Shown: positions 1 through 11,916 of the stretch, one piece after another
Position numbering within the stretch: position 1 is the first letter of the stretch
How the letters are laid out: every line of letters starts with the position of its first letter
Origin: Lama glama
Taxonomy: Eukaryota
Direction of reading: 5' to 3'
DNA: 64,000 bases
Assembly: GCA_028534125.1 (NCBI GenBank)
Contig: CM052817.1
Span: forward strand, 94,552,001 to 94,616,000
Notes under the pieces: generated by a model
What the model was told of the DNA's origin: nothing
The model's input: the letters and a program-made list of their open reading frames with translations, nothing else
Database searches by the model: none
Made by a program: the position numbers and the translations under genes

Positions 1-879
1 AATTATAATTTGGGGGGGGGGCGGAATTTCTTGAAAACTGAGGACTGTACATCCACCATCACCTTCCTTAATGACTCTTTAATTTACAAGTTAAACTCAT
101 TGAAACACCAACAGAGCAACACATTCCTTCACAGCAGAGATGTTTCCCCATAATATTTGATAAAATTCTTTTAAGTCTAGCTAGGGAACAGAAGCATGCT
201 TCTCATACTGGAAAATTGTGATTCAGCCGCAGTTACTGGGCCCCCTTGTGTCATTTTCTCTACCTTACCAGCTGAGTCCCAGTAAAAATCCATCCACCAA
301 ACTGGGATCTGAGATACTACTCATTTATACATTCATTTAAGTAAGATAGGACTAAAATGTTGCTCTTTTGACCTATAATCCTATATCCCATGTAATAGCA
401 TCACACTTAAAAAAAATTCCACTTACCTGACAGTAGTAGTGCAATGATTATTTTCCTCTGCATCCTGATCTCATGAGCTGGCTTGCTAAGGTCAGTGCCA
501 GAAGACCACCAGGGACGACTGAAGTGGCATCTGTGACCTCAGCCTGCACGCTGTTATCTTTCAGTTCCACTTTCTCCAGGCATCAGCTGATAGGCTGGGC
601 GGCATTTTTGAATTATGCAAAATTGTGAAACGCCTGTCAATAAAGATACGTGGGTATCTGCTTAATGAAGATTATGAAAGGGTCCAGTCCAATCTTCACT
701 TCAGGGAACTGGTAGCTACATGTTAAATTTACTTTGCATAAATTCAGTGGGTGTTGCCGATGAAATGAATCCCAGAGCTGCTGTGGTGCAAAATGTCTCC
801 CGAGATCCGGTTTCCTTTATTTTTATATCCTCTACACAAAAGAGCAATCCTTGTCAAGCACAGTGAGTAAACATTTTTT

Positions 880-1150
880 AAATTGACGCATGCGCACTAC
901 ATCTAAGACAGTCTTCTTACTTATTCCTTATCTTAAGAGTGCTAAGCTTCCTTAACTACATCCAGACCCTCCCGCCCCCAGGCCTGTTCCTTTTGAGGAA
1001 CTGGTAAACATCCCTGTTTGCAAGCAATGTTTCCCCTGGGAACAGGCAGAGTCACTTGGCAGGAAATTCTGTTTGCAGACAAGTCCGGCCACTTCTGTGA
1101 GATGTCCCGCGTGCAGGCACACCCACAGTTTTCATGCTAAATCTCCTTCA
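880..1150 (-). mobile_element. Partial ERV-type LTR fragment
   Basis: Ends ...gctaaatctccttCA (TGAAGGAG on minus strand, an LTR-like terminus); dense in promoter-like motifs (GCATGCGCA, CCCGCCCC). Family not identified. Confidence 0.45.
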
Positions 1151-1172
1151 AGTGGGCATAGTGAGGCAGTAG

Positions 1173-1862
1173 TGTTAGCAGAAAGAGGGACCCTCAGATT
1201 GGAAAGCCCACCAGACAGCTGGGTCCTTGCCTGCTGATTGAGAAGGAATTCTCAGTAGGGGCAGAGGGACAAAGTGAAAACACACACACAGACAGAGAAA
1301 CACACAAAACTGCTTTATTGCTCAGAAAGAGATGAGAAAACAGCAACAAAACAAAACAACAAAAACACTCGAGTAGGGAGCCGTCAGCCAGGGAGCGGGT
1401 TGAGACAGCTCCAGCTCCCAGTTGGTTCTTTTACTGGAAGGCTCTGACACCATGATCTCCCTTCTGATGCTGCCAGCCATCTTCTGCTATGGGCTCGTCC
1501 TCCCACGGAGCGCAGCCCTAAGACAGAAACTTTGGCAGGAAAAGAGAGAAGAAAGAAAGGGATACTGGGGTATGTCCTTGGGATTATGCAGCCGTTGTGG
1601 AAGATAAAACGTCTTATTGTATGGCTGTGTCCTGGGAACCAAGGAGCCAGCTGCCGGATGAGAGGAAGTGTCCTGTTTTTCAGCAGCCTGGCATCTTCTT
1701 TCCCTTGTTGATAACCAGCCAGGGCCAGTCAGCCTGTCTGATCACCTCTCCCAGCAGCAGCCAGGAGCTGCCCGGCTGGACAGCCAAGAGACAGACCGAA
1801 GGCCTGGGATGAGGGCCAGGCTGAGGGCGCAATTGCGGAGCTAGGAACCTTCTCGTTTTTCA
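1173..1862 (-). mobile_element. Solo ERV LTR (ERV1-like), ~690 bp
   Basis: TG...CA termini (tgttagcag...tctcgtttttca), minus-strand AATAAA at 1314-1319, typical reversed U5 text gggtccttg...aaggaattc, GC-rich relative to flanks. No PBS and no clean TSD seen. Confidence 0.65.
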
Positions 1863-3129
1863 CGTGGAGATCCTTGTGGGCCAGAGTGAACGTGACTTCC
1901 TCCGTAAGAAATAAATGTATGTGAAAACTGTAATTACCATCGGAGGGCTCTAAGGGCTGAAGACACTCTCCACCTCATGGCAAGTCATGCAGCGATGTAA
2001 GAATTCATGAGACGCAAGAAATATTTAATCCAAAACAGAGTTTGAACTGAACAGCTAGTGCCCACACAGCTAGAGTGGTTTCTCTCGAAACACACCTCAC
2101 TACATAAGTGGGAATGAACGCCAAGGCAATACAGGTGAACACTCAAAACACCAGACAGACAGACAAACCCAAAACCTTGTTGCAAAGCAGGTCAAGATGA
2201 GAGGTATGGGCATCTGAGGAAGATCAGTTTGAAAGGGAGGCAGAGCAAAAACAATTGAATTCTACCTCAAGCAGCTCAAATGGTGTTTGGCTACTCCACC
2301 TAAAACTTCTTACTTTCTCTAAGACTTGTTTTTGAAAGTCTTCCCTGCTTGGCCCAGAAAATCAATTTGCGACGTTAGCTTATTTGTGAAATATGTTATA
2401 TTTACATTTTTACCCAAATATGGTTTTAAAAAGAACTGTTTCTGAAAATGATCTTTGCAGCTTTAGGAAATTGAGTCACAGAGGAAAAAAAATTTACTGG
2501 GGAAAAGATGGAGATAAATGTTGGTTAACATCTCAGAGAAGGGGAGCCTGAGATGGAAGGCTGGATGGGGAGCTGAGATGCAGACTTGGAGGAGACTGAG
2601 GGGTCACAGAGGGGCATTTTGAGAGACAGTGCAAGATCTTCAAGCCTCAGAATTGGGGAGCTCCTCTGAAGGTCCTGCCAATGCATGCAAGGTAACTGTA
2701 GCAAAATTTACAGATAGTCAAATGTAACCTATATTTAGTAAACCAATAGCTTGCTTAAATTCAGTATTTGCTGCAGGGGGATATCAGCTTGGGCTGCACT
2801 CATTTTTCTCAACAGATAGCCAAATAAAGGAGACCTTTGGGATATTAATATGAGCAATAAAGAATATTCCACATGATTTTATATTTTAACTGGACAGCAA
2901 CTAGCATGAGCCTTAAAAATGCAATTTCCCTTTGAAAATGGGTAAATAAATTAGGCATTATCCTCACAATGGACTTTTAGGCAGCTATTAAAATCATGTT
3001 TTCAAAAAGAGTTGATATGGAGACTCAGGAGAAAATAGGTAAGTGGAAAACAGCAAGCTCCAAAATTGTATATACAAAAATGAACTCCTGTTTGAATCTT
3101 TTCCTCTGTGCTGTGTTACCACTGCCTGG

Positions 3130-3425
3130 GACACACTTGTGTGAAGTACGTGGCCTGCTTCTATTCTGCTTAGGATCTCAGTTTAATAGTACTTCCTCCA
3201 GGAAGCCTTCCCTGACTTCCTCCATCTACATCAGAGGTCCCTGCTCTGCTCTCACAGTGTACACTGTTCCTCCCTTGTCATAGGACTTAGCATATTGCAT
3301 TGCAGCCATTTTTGTGTCCCCACTGGACTATAAGCGCTAAGCAGGCCTGCCCTGCCTGTGGCTATCTCATTTGCCACTGAGTGCTTGGGGCACGGTTGAC
3401 AGTAAATATTTGTCAGATCAATAAG
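3130..3425 (+). mobile_element. L2 3' end fragment
   Basis: cttcctccaggaagccttccctgac...ccactggactataagc...gtaaatatttgt, characteristic of L2 3' ends. Confidence 0.75.
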
Positions 3426-4077
3426 TACCAAGTGAATATTGCAGTGCAGAGGAAAGTAACCTCTCTCAGGCAGTCTTGGGGAGCAGAAGCCACTTTTTAG
3501 GTATAGATAGATAGGTAATCTCCTGTATCATATCTTAGCTTCAGGTTACCCCCTGTATGGAAGTCCTTGCTAACACAGGAAGGAGAAAAGGAAACTCAGC
3601 CTAAAATCCAGCTTCATATGCTCTTTAGCATGAATTGATCAACCTCTGAGAACACTTTTCTTCATGACACCTCGTGCTTTCCTGGACAATCTCTTCATTC
3701 ATCATCCTTGAAGCTCCTGCAGTATTTACACACACTGGTTCATTTGTTATCCTGCATGGTCCCTTTTCTTGAATCTGTAGGTCCTGTGTCCCTTGTTCTA
3801 GTTCCAGCATCTGGCAGAGTACCCTGGATGACCCCTAAGTGAAAATGAGGCCGCAGGAAAGGAAGAGAGGCTTTGCTCTTGGTCACCTGGAAGGACTAGG
3901 TAGGTCCTAATACGTGGGGAGTGGCAACTGACCTGGGATCAAGGATGGGTTTGCAGCTCCCTTCAGGTTGACACTACCTGGTCTGATTAGACAGACAAAA
4001 TCTGTAAGGCTCTGAGCATAGAAACTGGAGGTCAGACCCAGCATTACACACAGGGTGTGTGGAAGCAGAACTGTATG

Positions 4078-4091
4078 GTGCCCTCTAGTGG
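4078..4091 (-). promoter_or_regulatory. CTCF core motif CCACTAGAGGGCAC
   Basis: 14/14 match to the CCASYAGRKGGCRS consensus on the minus strand; motif match only. Confidence 0.55.
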
Positions 4092-5869
4092 TGGATCTGC
4101 ATAATGGAAGGAAAAATGTGAAACCTGAAAATGAAATGAAAATGTAAGACATTGGATTATGCTTTTCCCTTTCAGGCACTTCTCCAGTCTTTATATTCTT
4201 ACTGAGATACACGTTCAGGATTGCCATAAAATCCTACCTGTGAGATATATCATGCAAATGTGTCAGACAAATCTATCTTTTGAGAATTTTGATTTTATGC
4301 CTTCAAACATAAAAACCTTATCCCATTCTTGGTACTGGATGTTCTTAGGCAGTTTTTTCTTATTGTCATTTGTCAAGAAGAAGGACATCATTGGTCAAGG
4401 AGAATGAATTAAATGTTGCGAACTAGGATAGTCAACTTGATCTATCGGCCTCGCTCAGACTTGTTTCATGACAGAACTGTTACTTTTTGTCAATTATTTA
4501 TGCTCCATCTAGTTTAGGATCACCTTATTCCTGAAGATGGTTGCAGGCTAGTCTGGTCAGTCTAGGGAGAAGTCTGCTTTTCACGTTTTGTATGGAGGCT
4601 CAGGAAAGTTGAGATATGATACTTGCACTGTTGGCTCCTTTGGTATCTTGTCACCTTGGAATCGCCAGTCTACTTTGCCAGGGTGGTTTAACTTCTTAAC
4701 TTGACCTTCTTTTGTTATCTTATCATTTCAAAATTAAAACAAAATAAACATAAATTTAGACAAATCTGACTCTCAAAATAACCCTATTAGGGAGGCAGAA
4801 TGATATTATCATTTTTCTCTGATAGGTTAGAAAACTAAGGGTGGATGAGAAATGGCAAATATATTCCTTGATTTGATTAGGCCCCAGGTCTTTTTTAAAT
4901 GTATTGATTTAGTTGCCAATATTTAAAAGGAAATATATTTTAATTAAACATCAGGAGGAGATTTGATTAAAAAATCCGGCCCTTCTTAAACCAGAGGAAG
5001 ATCTGTCAAGAGTGAGCTTGCATTTCTGCATGGTGATGGTCCACTGGAGCTGGGGATTGGCCGTCCTGTGGGACAGTTAAGCTTTCTCATTAAAGTCCTA
5101 CACCTGATGCTTGCTGCGGTTGCTGCAGACAGCTTAGACTACGTTATCCTCTGCCAAAACCTCAGAACCGCATTGTCTTGCAGCAGCATTGGTTCATTTC
5201 CTGCTCGCAGTCCTTTTTGTCTGCGATGGCTACAGGTCTCAGGAACCAGACTGAAGGAGCAGCCCCTGTATGGAATATGCTGTCCTTGTTGCCGAGGGAA
5301 AGGAAGAATGGCCGGATGGGACAATGGCTTTTAATGCTCAGACACCGCATATGCCGCTTTTGCTCATGTTCTGTTGGCCACAGCAAATCACAGGCCAAGC
5401 TGCCATCAATGGGACAAGGAAGTTACCTCCTCCAAAGGAAAATCCTGCAAGTCGTATGGCAATGGTGAGGATGTATAAAACACTTAGAGGAGGGGCAGTG
5501 ATAACTGAGAACAATAATACAATCAACCACATTCACTGATATTCTCTGTCTAGCTCCTTTATGCATTTGGGTTTGCAAATCCAGTTCAGACAGTTAGGAG
5601 ACTGTTCAAGATCCTTTAGCTATGGGATTTCACCCAGGTCCTGGTTTCCTTTCTTTACAATTTTAACATAATGTGCTGTGTTTTGGAGGCGTGCTGAATA
5701 ACACTGAAGAAGTTGGAAACTCTCACTACGCGGTGAGTAGGCAGTGAACAACGGCTCCAGGCTGCCTCTAACTAAGCCCATTGTATTATCCTAGTGGAAT
5801 CAGGAATCGTGTGTCGTCTTTCAGCTAAGGATTAAACAGGTCTATTTTGTTCTGCATCCCTTTAATGAT

Positions 5870-6200
5870 GCAGCAAATGATTAGTGAACTCCTGCCAAGT
5901 GCTGGGGATACAACCTTCCGGAGCTCTAGTTTCCCTGCAGGAACTTACAGCTTACCTGGGGAACAAACATGAAAGAAGGCAGTTCTGGACACTATGGAGT
6001 GTCCAGGGCTGTGTAATAGCGGGCAAAGGGCACTCTGGGAGCACGTGAGAGGCTCTTAACTCGTGTACAGTGTTCTGGAAGGGCTTTCCAGAGAGAGCAA
6101 TGAGACCTGGAGAGTGAGTAACCAGGTCAAGGGAGAAGAGGGCACATTCCAGGCAGAGAAGGCAGCAGGAGTAATGGTCTGGAATTGAGAGACAGCACTG
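5870..6200 (-). mobile_element. L2 fragment
   Basis: tgccaagtgctggggataca...gaagggctttccagagaga...cattccaggcagag, reverse L2 3' region. Confidence 0.7.
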
Positions 6201-6399
6201 TAGTAGTTTGCACAACTGTTTGAAATTCTAAGGACACACGATGTGCACGTTTGCACTTTGCAGTGTCTAGGAGGTTAGTTCACTCTGCCCGTTACCTTTG
6301 TAAATATGCAGTTGGCCCTGGTTCTCTACATGAAGAAATACTGGGGGTAGCTTATCAGCAAAAGATAAAGGATAAATACACAGTAATTTCTTACATTTA

Positions 6400-6463
6400 A
6401 AAAAATTGAAGTATAGTTGATTTACAAGGTTGTGTTCGTTTCTGATGTACTGAACAGTGACCC
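6400..6463 (-). mobile_element. Extremely 5'-truncated L1 3' end (64 bp)
   Basis: attgaagtatagttgatttacaa...tttctgatgtac is the artiodactyl-type L1 terminus; TSD tcttacattta at 6389-6399 and 6464-6474. Confidence 0.8.
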
Positions 6464-6474
6464 TCTTACATTTA

Positions 6475-7810
6475 TTTTTTTTTGAAATGTAACATATATT
6501 TGAAGTGTGCAGTTTGACGGAGCAGTTATGCACGCACACACACATTCATACACACGTGTGTGTGTGCGTGTGTGTGTGCATGTGTATGACCACCACTCAA
6601 TTCAATACATGGAAACTTTTCAACACTCCCACTGTTTCTTTCTTGCTCATTCCAGTCAATACCTATCCTGCGTTGAGGTAACCACTATTCTGATTTCCAA
6701 CACTTTTTTTAAAAATTTTATTTCTTTGTTTGTTTGTTTAGATGGAGGTACTGGGGATGCCACCCAGGACCTCGTGCGTGCTAGGCATGCACTCTACCGC
6801 TGAGCTATACCCTCCCCCCAATTTCTAACACTGTTGATTAGTTCTGTCCGGTCCTGCACTTCATAGAAATTAAATGACATAGTATGAACTCTTTTTATCT
6901 GGAATTTTCCCCTTTAACCTGAAGTCTGAGAGGTTGACTCAGGCTGATTTTGCATGGAAAAGTAGATCTTCTATAGCGCTGTGATTATCCAGCTGATTCA
7001 GCACCCTTTATTGAAAAGACCATTTTTTCTCAGCTTGACGTTTCTTTATTGAGGGTAATGTGTGTTTTTGTCCTTTGGCTCCTTGAAAAGTTTTCTCTTT
7101 GTCTTAGATTTTCAAGAATTTGATTATGATATTTGTCTGTGTGATTTTCTTAGGGATCCGAGCTTCTTAAATGTGTGAGTTGATATTTTTAGTAGTTTCA
7201 GAAAATCCTGACCATTATCTTTCAAATATTGTTTCTCTGTTCCCTCTAGGGTTTTGATTATGCATACATTAGACTTTTAAACTATTACTCACACATGTGA
7301 GTTTTTCCTCATTCCCTTTATTCGTACCATGCTTCAGTTTGGATTCTATCTAATGACCTTGGATAATCCTTCATCTGCTATGTTTAATCTGTTGTTAACT
7401 TTAGTCCTATATGTAGTCCTGTATCATGAGTTCTTTGATGGTGATTTTGCATTTTTAATTCAGAATGCACATTTAATTATTTTATAGATCCCAGTTCACA
7501 GTTAAAATTCTGCTTATTTTCATGTGTCCTGTGTACTTTTTACTCTGATTTCTTGAATGTACTAATCATAGTTATTCTAATGTCCTTGTCTGCTGACTGT
7601 AGTATCTAGACATTACCTATTTTTATTATGATAAAATATGCATAACATACAATTTACCGTTTTAACAACTTTTAAATTTACATTTGAATGGCATAATTAG
7701 GTGCATTCACATTGTTGTACAACCATCAGCTCTTATTTTTTTAAATGTTGATTATTTGCCACATTTTCCTGCCTCTTTGCACGCCTAATAATTTTTTTTT
7801 TCTTTTGTGC
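6475..7810 (-). mobile_element. Old L1M fragments (interrupted by a SINE and a (TG)n tract)
   Basis: T-rich antisense L1 text, e.g. ttattgaaaagaccatt, ccattatctttcaaatatt, tgcattcacattgttgtacaaccatca. Confidence 0.7.
6705..6820 (-). mobile_element. Camelid tRNA-derived SINE (Vic-1 type)
   Basis: Minus strand reads GGGGAGGGTATAGCTCAGCGGTAGAGTGCATGCCTAGCACGCACGAGGTCCTGGGT...CCCCAGTACCTCC plus A-rich tail; TSD atttc(c/t)aacact at 6693-6704 and 6821-6832. Confidence 0.9.
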
Positions 7811-8649
7811 AGGGCATTGACCTTAACTTTGAAGCTTCCCATCCCTGTAGCTTCAATGGAGGTGTCTTGAGGAAGAGATTCATCATGGTTTGTTGCAAGC
7901 CCCTTCCCTCCGGTAGGATTTTGTTCTGTTTTTCCAACTTAACTCCCCAGACTACTGTGCCGTTCTAGAACTCAGCAAGTGTCCTGTGAGAGAGAACAGA
8001 TTTGCGGCTGGGCTCCTCTAGTTTCTAATCTGTTATGCCAGCTCTGATTAACCACCAAAAACTCTGGTAGTTTTTTTCTCCCCTGTTTTTACAACATAAT
8101 GTCCCCATGGAAGAAATCGACAAATGAGTAAACTCTGCTAGTGAAACAAAAGATCCCCTCTATGTGACTGTGTAGCCCCCTCTTACCTCTCGTATCTGAA
8201 CACAATTATGATGCCAACAAGAGAATTTTCCTGATGGTATCTCCATCTTTTCCCCAGTGTGCCAAATTCGGAAGAGTAATTGTATCATATGTTCCAAGTG
8301 TCAGTGAGCATTCAAGGATCACTCTTAGTGACAGACCTCCAATTTCTTAAAAACGATGATATTTTATAAAATATCAAACAAGTGATATTTTATAAAATTC
8401 AGGAATTATAGATCCCAGTATCTCTTCTATTTTCTCTTTCCTTGGCTGTATTCTTGGGATCAGAAGACAGAAACTGAGTGGCTTACTGTAGTTGCAAGTA
8501 TAAGTGAGCTTCTCTGGGCCCTGAGAGCCGCCTGAACCCAAAACAGTAGATTTCTTTTCAGCTCATAATACCATGAGATGCCTATTACATTGTTACCCTG
8601 TTGGCTCTGTTATTCTTGCTTCTGACAAATTTAGGATGTTAATGAAAAG

Positions 8650-8790
8650 TTACTGACTGCCAACCAAGTATCAGGCATTGTCTTGGGTGATGTATTAATC
8701 CTCACCGTGATTTTACATAGTAAACACCATTCCCCTAGCATGTGGTAGAGCCAGGATTTGAATCCAAGCAGTCTGTCCCCAAGGCCCAGG
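8650..8790 (-). mobile_element. MIR fragment
   Basis: gtggtagagccaggatttgaatccaagcagtctg matches the reverse MIR tRNA-like region. Confidence 0.7.
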
Positions 8791-8929
8791 TTGATATTCG
8801 GAGTTACAGCCCCTCCTGCTATACCAGATCACATAGTGAAAAGTCAGTTAGCTTGGTCTGCAGGGGCAGGGACCACTCAGATACTAAGATAAGGACATTG
8901 TTTCCTAGTTGCACACAAGAGTAGGTAGA

Positions 8930-9660
8930 GAGGCTTTAAATAGCCTCTCTGTGCCCTGAGGCAGGTGTGTACTGTTTAGAGGAGTGAACTTGACTCCTTA
9001 TGACTGGGGAATAGAGGGTGAGAGGTGAGGGTGGTAGCAGGAGATATGAACAAAGACTGTGGTTGGTGGGATCATAAACTATGTCAGGCAGGGTTTGGGG
9101 TTCTGTCCTATGGACAATTGGCAAAGCCACTTACAGCTGTGCAGTCAAGTGCGCCATATTGTCCCCAGGCTAGAGAACAGATTCTAGAGACATAACACAG
9201 CTGACAAGGAGAACAGTAAGAAGGCCTTAGCAGACACTGAAGTGAAAGTTAAATCAGATGACTAAATAAGGTGGCTGTTACGGAATTAGTTGAACTGATT
9301 CAACAACTTTGGAACTTCACATGGAATGGTCTTGTGTTTAATTGGATAAGGGGGATGAGAGAGGCAGGTGAAAGGGTGTTTCCAAACTTTGCAGCTTGCA
9401 TGACTGGGTAAATTGTGGTCCTGTTTACAGAGATAGGAAACTCTAGAGGCAAATGAGGTTTGTGACGGAAGAGTGTGAGTTTCATTTGGGTGTGCTGAAT
9501 TTGAGATTTCTCTGGAAGACCTTCATGGGGAAGTCAGATAGGAAGAAGGATGATTGAATTTGGCATTTGGAAGAGGAATCTGGACTGGAGATAGAGGCGT
9601 GGCCATCGTCAGCCTGTCCATGGAGAGGATGAAGGTACTGATGATAGAAGACAAGTAAAA
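8930..9660 (-). mobile_element. L2 fragment
   Basis: gagtttcatttgggtgtgctgaatttgaga, tttacagagataggaaac: reverse L2 body. Confidence 0.65.
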
Positions 9661-11377
9661 GTTTGTAATGTCTTCAGGCTGGATGGACAGTTCCCAGAAT
9701 GTCTCTAAGCCTAGCCTGGGGACCTGGAGACATGAACGAGACATAGGCCATATCATCTCAACTCAGTTCCAGCATCCAGCTGGAGTCTTATAAAAAATAC
9801 TCTTTGTCCAGAATTCACTGCTTTCTTGGAATGCCTCCCTCCCCTTCAGAGATGAGCTCACAGTAGACAGTAGTTTCTTATAGGACCGTTAATTTTGACC
9901 ATGGCTGATGAGAACTTGAGCCCATCTGATTCCCCTGCTGGAGAATATTTTATAGAACAACACAGAGGTCTGGGAGTTAGAAGCGAAGCTCCGTTGATGA
10001 TGGAGTTCTCAGGTGAATACCAACCAGAATTTCCTGAGCTCTGCTGAACTGCCCAGGTTCCCACCCTTTCTGACGCCTGGAGTCTGGGAGGTAGCACAGC
10101 ATCCTTGCAATAAATTCTCTTGTCTTAGGAGAAGCTATTTTGAAGTGGGTATGGGACACTTGTAACCAAAAGATTCTTAATTAGGACAGGCCTTGAAGTG
10201 TCTAATTAGGGAATCATGAACAGAAGGAAGCCAAGGCTGAGGCTCAGCTGGACTGGCCAGGGACCAAGACAGGAGGCTTTATAAATCTCCAGGACAGGAG
10301 GGAAGACAGTGGTGACGGCACTCCTGAAAGTCACTGCAGATCACTGGGCTTCAGATGACTGAGGGGCCTTGTGTGCATGGCTAATCCTGTGGGGCTGTGC
10401 AGCACCATCTAAACATGCCCCTTTGTCCTGTCACGGCACTCCCATGAGTGAGATGTGAGCCTGCACTGTCTCTCCCAGACAAACCCTGCTGGGTTTTTTT
10501 ACTATCTGTCTAGTGTAGAAAGGATCCAATTACCCTTTAGCCTTCAAAATATGCCAGAGGATGGTATTGGCCTTCTGTGGCTTGGAGCAAACACACATTG
10601 CATAAATCTGTTTCTCGTTTATGTGGTTCAGCCGAATCGCCAGGGTTGGTTTTTTATTTCCCACCTCATAGAATGTGGCCGGACAGAAGGCCAGCATCTT
10701 TTTTATTTGGGTGTTCTACTCAGATCCTGGACACAGTGGGGAAGAAGAAGAAATTGCTGGAAAATTGGGATGTGTATCTTTACAGGACAAAAAATGGTCT
10801 CAGAAGAAGAAATGAGGAAAGAGGTATTTTCAAAAACTCTGCTAATGTCTGTGACTAGACTTACGTACTCTTGGCTGGTATGATTTAACAAAGGAGTCAC
10901 GTCATGATGGTTCTAATGCACTGCCTTCAATAGGAAACTTGTGACTGGGGTTAGAGTTTAAAAGAATATTCAAGAAAATGCCATGTCACAAGAAAGAAAA
11001 AAGGTTTCAGTAATGCAATACCTCAATAGCTTTGGTAGTGATTTTAGAGATTTATATTTAAATTTTATAGATTATAATGATTCTGCAAAATGCCATAGCT
11101 AGATAAAAATTAGAACCCAGAAATAACCTAAGAGGTATTCCTTAAAAAGACACAAGACTGTCAATGAGACACCCATTTGACATCATTACTTATCTGGGGA
11201 GACTGTTTACAGTACAAAATAAATGTCTCACTCAGGTAGTATGTATCATTCAGTAAAGAAAGATGACTTGGGCTCTTTGTAGAGTCTTTACCTTGGGTGA
11301 GCAGGGTTGAGGAGATACCTAGGGTGTTTTGAGTAGAAGAACTCAAATACGGAACATACTTTGAGCTGGTTCTTCTT

Positions 11378-11916
11378 CTTCTTCTTTTTTTTTTTTATTT
11401 AAGTATAGTCAGTTTACAGTGTGTCAATTTCTGGTACACAGAATAATGTTTCAATCATTCATATACATACATATATTCATTTCCATATTTTTTTTCATTA
11501 TGGGTTACTACAAGATATAGAATATAGTTCTCTGTGCTATACAGAAGAAACTTGTTTATTTTATGAATAATAGTTAATATTTGGAAATCTACAAGTCCCA
11601 ATTTATCCCTTCCCACCTCCTTTCCCCCACGGTAACCATAAGTTTGTTTTCTATGTCGGTGAGTCTATTTCTGTTTTGTACATAAGTTCATTAGTGTCTT
11701 CTTTTTGCTTTTTTTGATTCCACATATGAGTGATATATAGTATTTTTCTTTCAATTTCTGGCTTACTTCACATAGAATGTTGATCTCCAGGTCCATCCAC
11801 GTTGCTGCAAATGGCATTATTTTATTCTTTTTTGTGGCTGAATAGTATTCCATTGTATAAATATACCACAGCTTCTTTATCAAGGCATCTGTTGATGGGC
11901 ATTTGGGTTGTTTGCA
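11378..11916 (-). mobile_element. 5'-truncated L1 (ORF2 C-terminus + 3' UTR)
   Basis: ORF 11665-11883 gives [32 protein letters not shown] (L1 ORF2 end); poly(T); TSD ctggttcttctt at 11366-11377 and 11917-11928 followed by AA (EN-like site). Confidence 0.95.

Noticed and set aside
421..465. Minus-strand MQRKIIIALLLS|gtaagt resembling an Ig/TCR leader exon downstream of octamer-like sites
   Set aside because: No V-exon, conserved Cys/Trp motifs or RSS found in the remaining 420 bp; only 37 coding nt, compatible with chance
5068..5539. Six overlapping ORFs on both strands
   Set aside because: No recognisable protein; the text resembles an ancient LTR relic and its GC content explains the scarcity of stops
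6741..6820. tRNA-like sequence with A-box TAGCTCAGCGG
   Set aside because: Has an A-rich tail, TSDs and a degenerate B box; it is a SINE, not a tRNA gene (same for 61373-61458)
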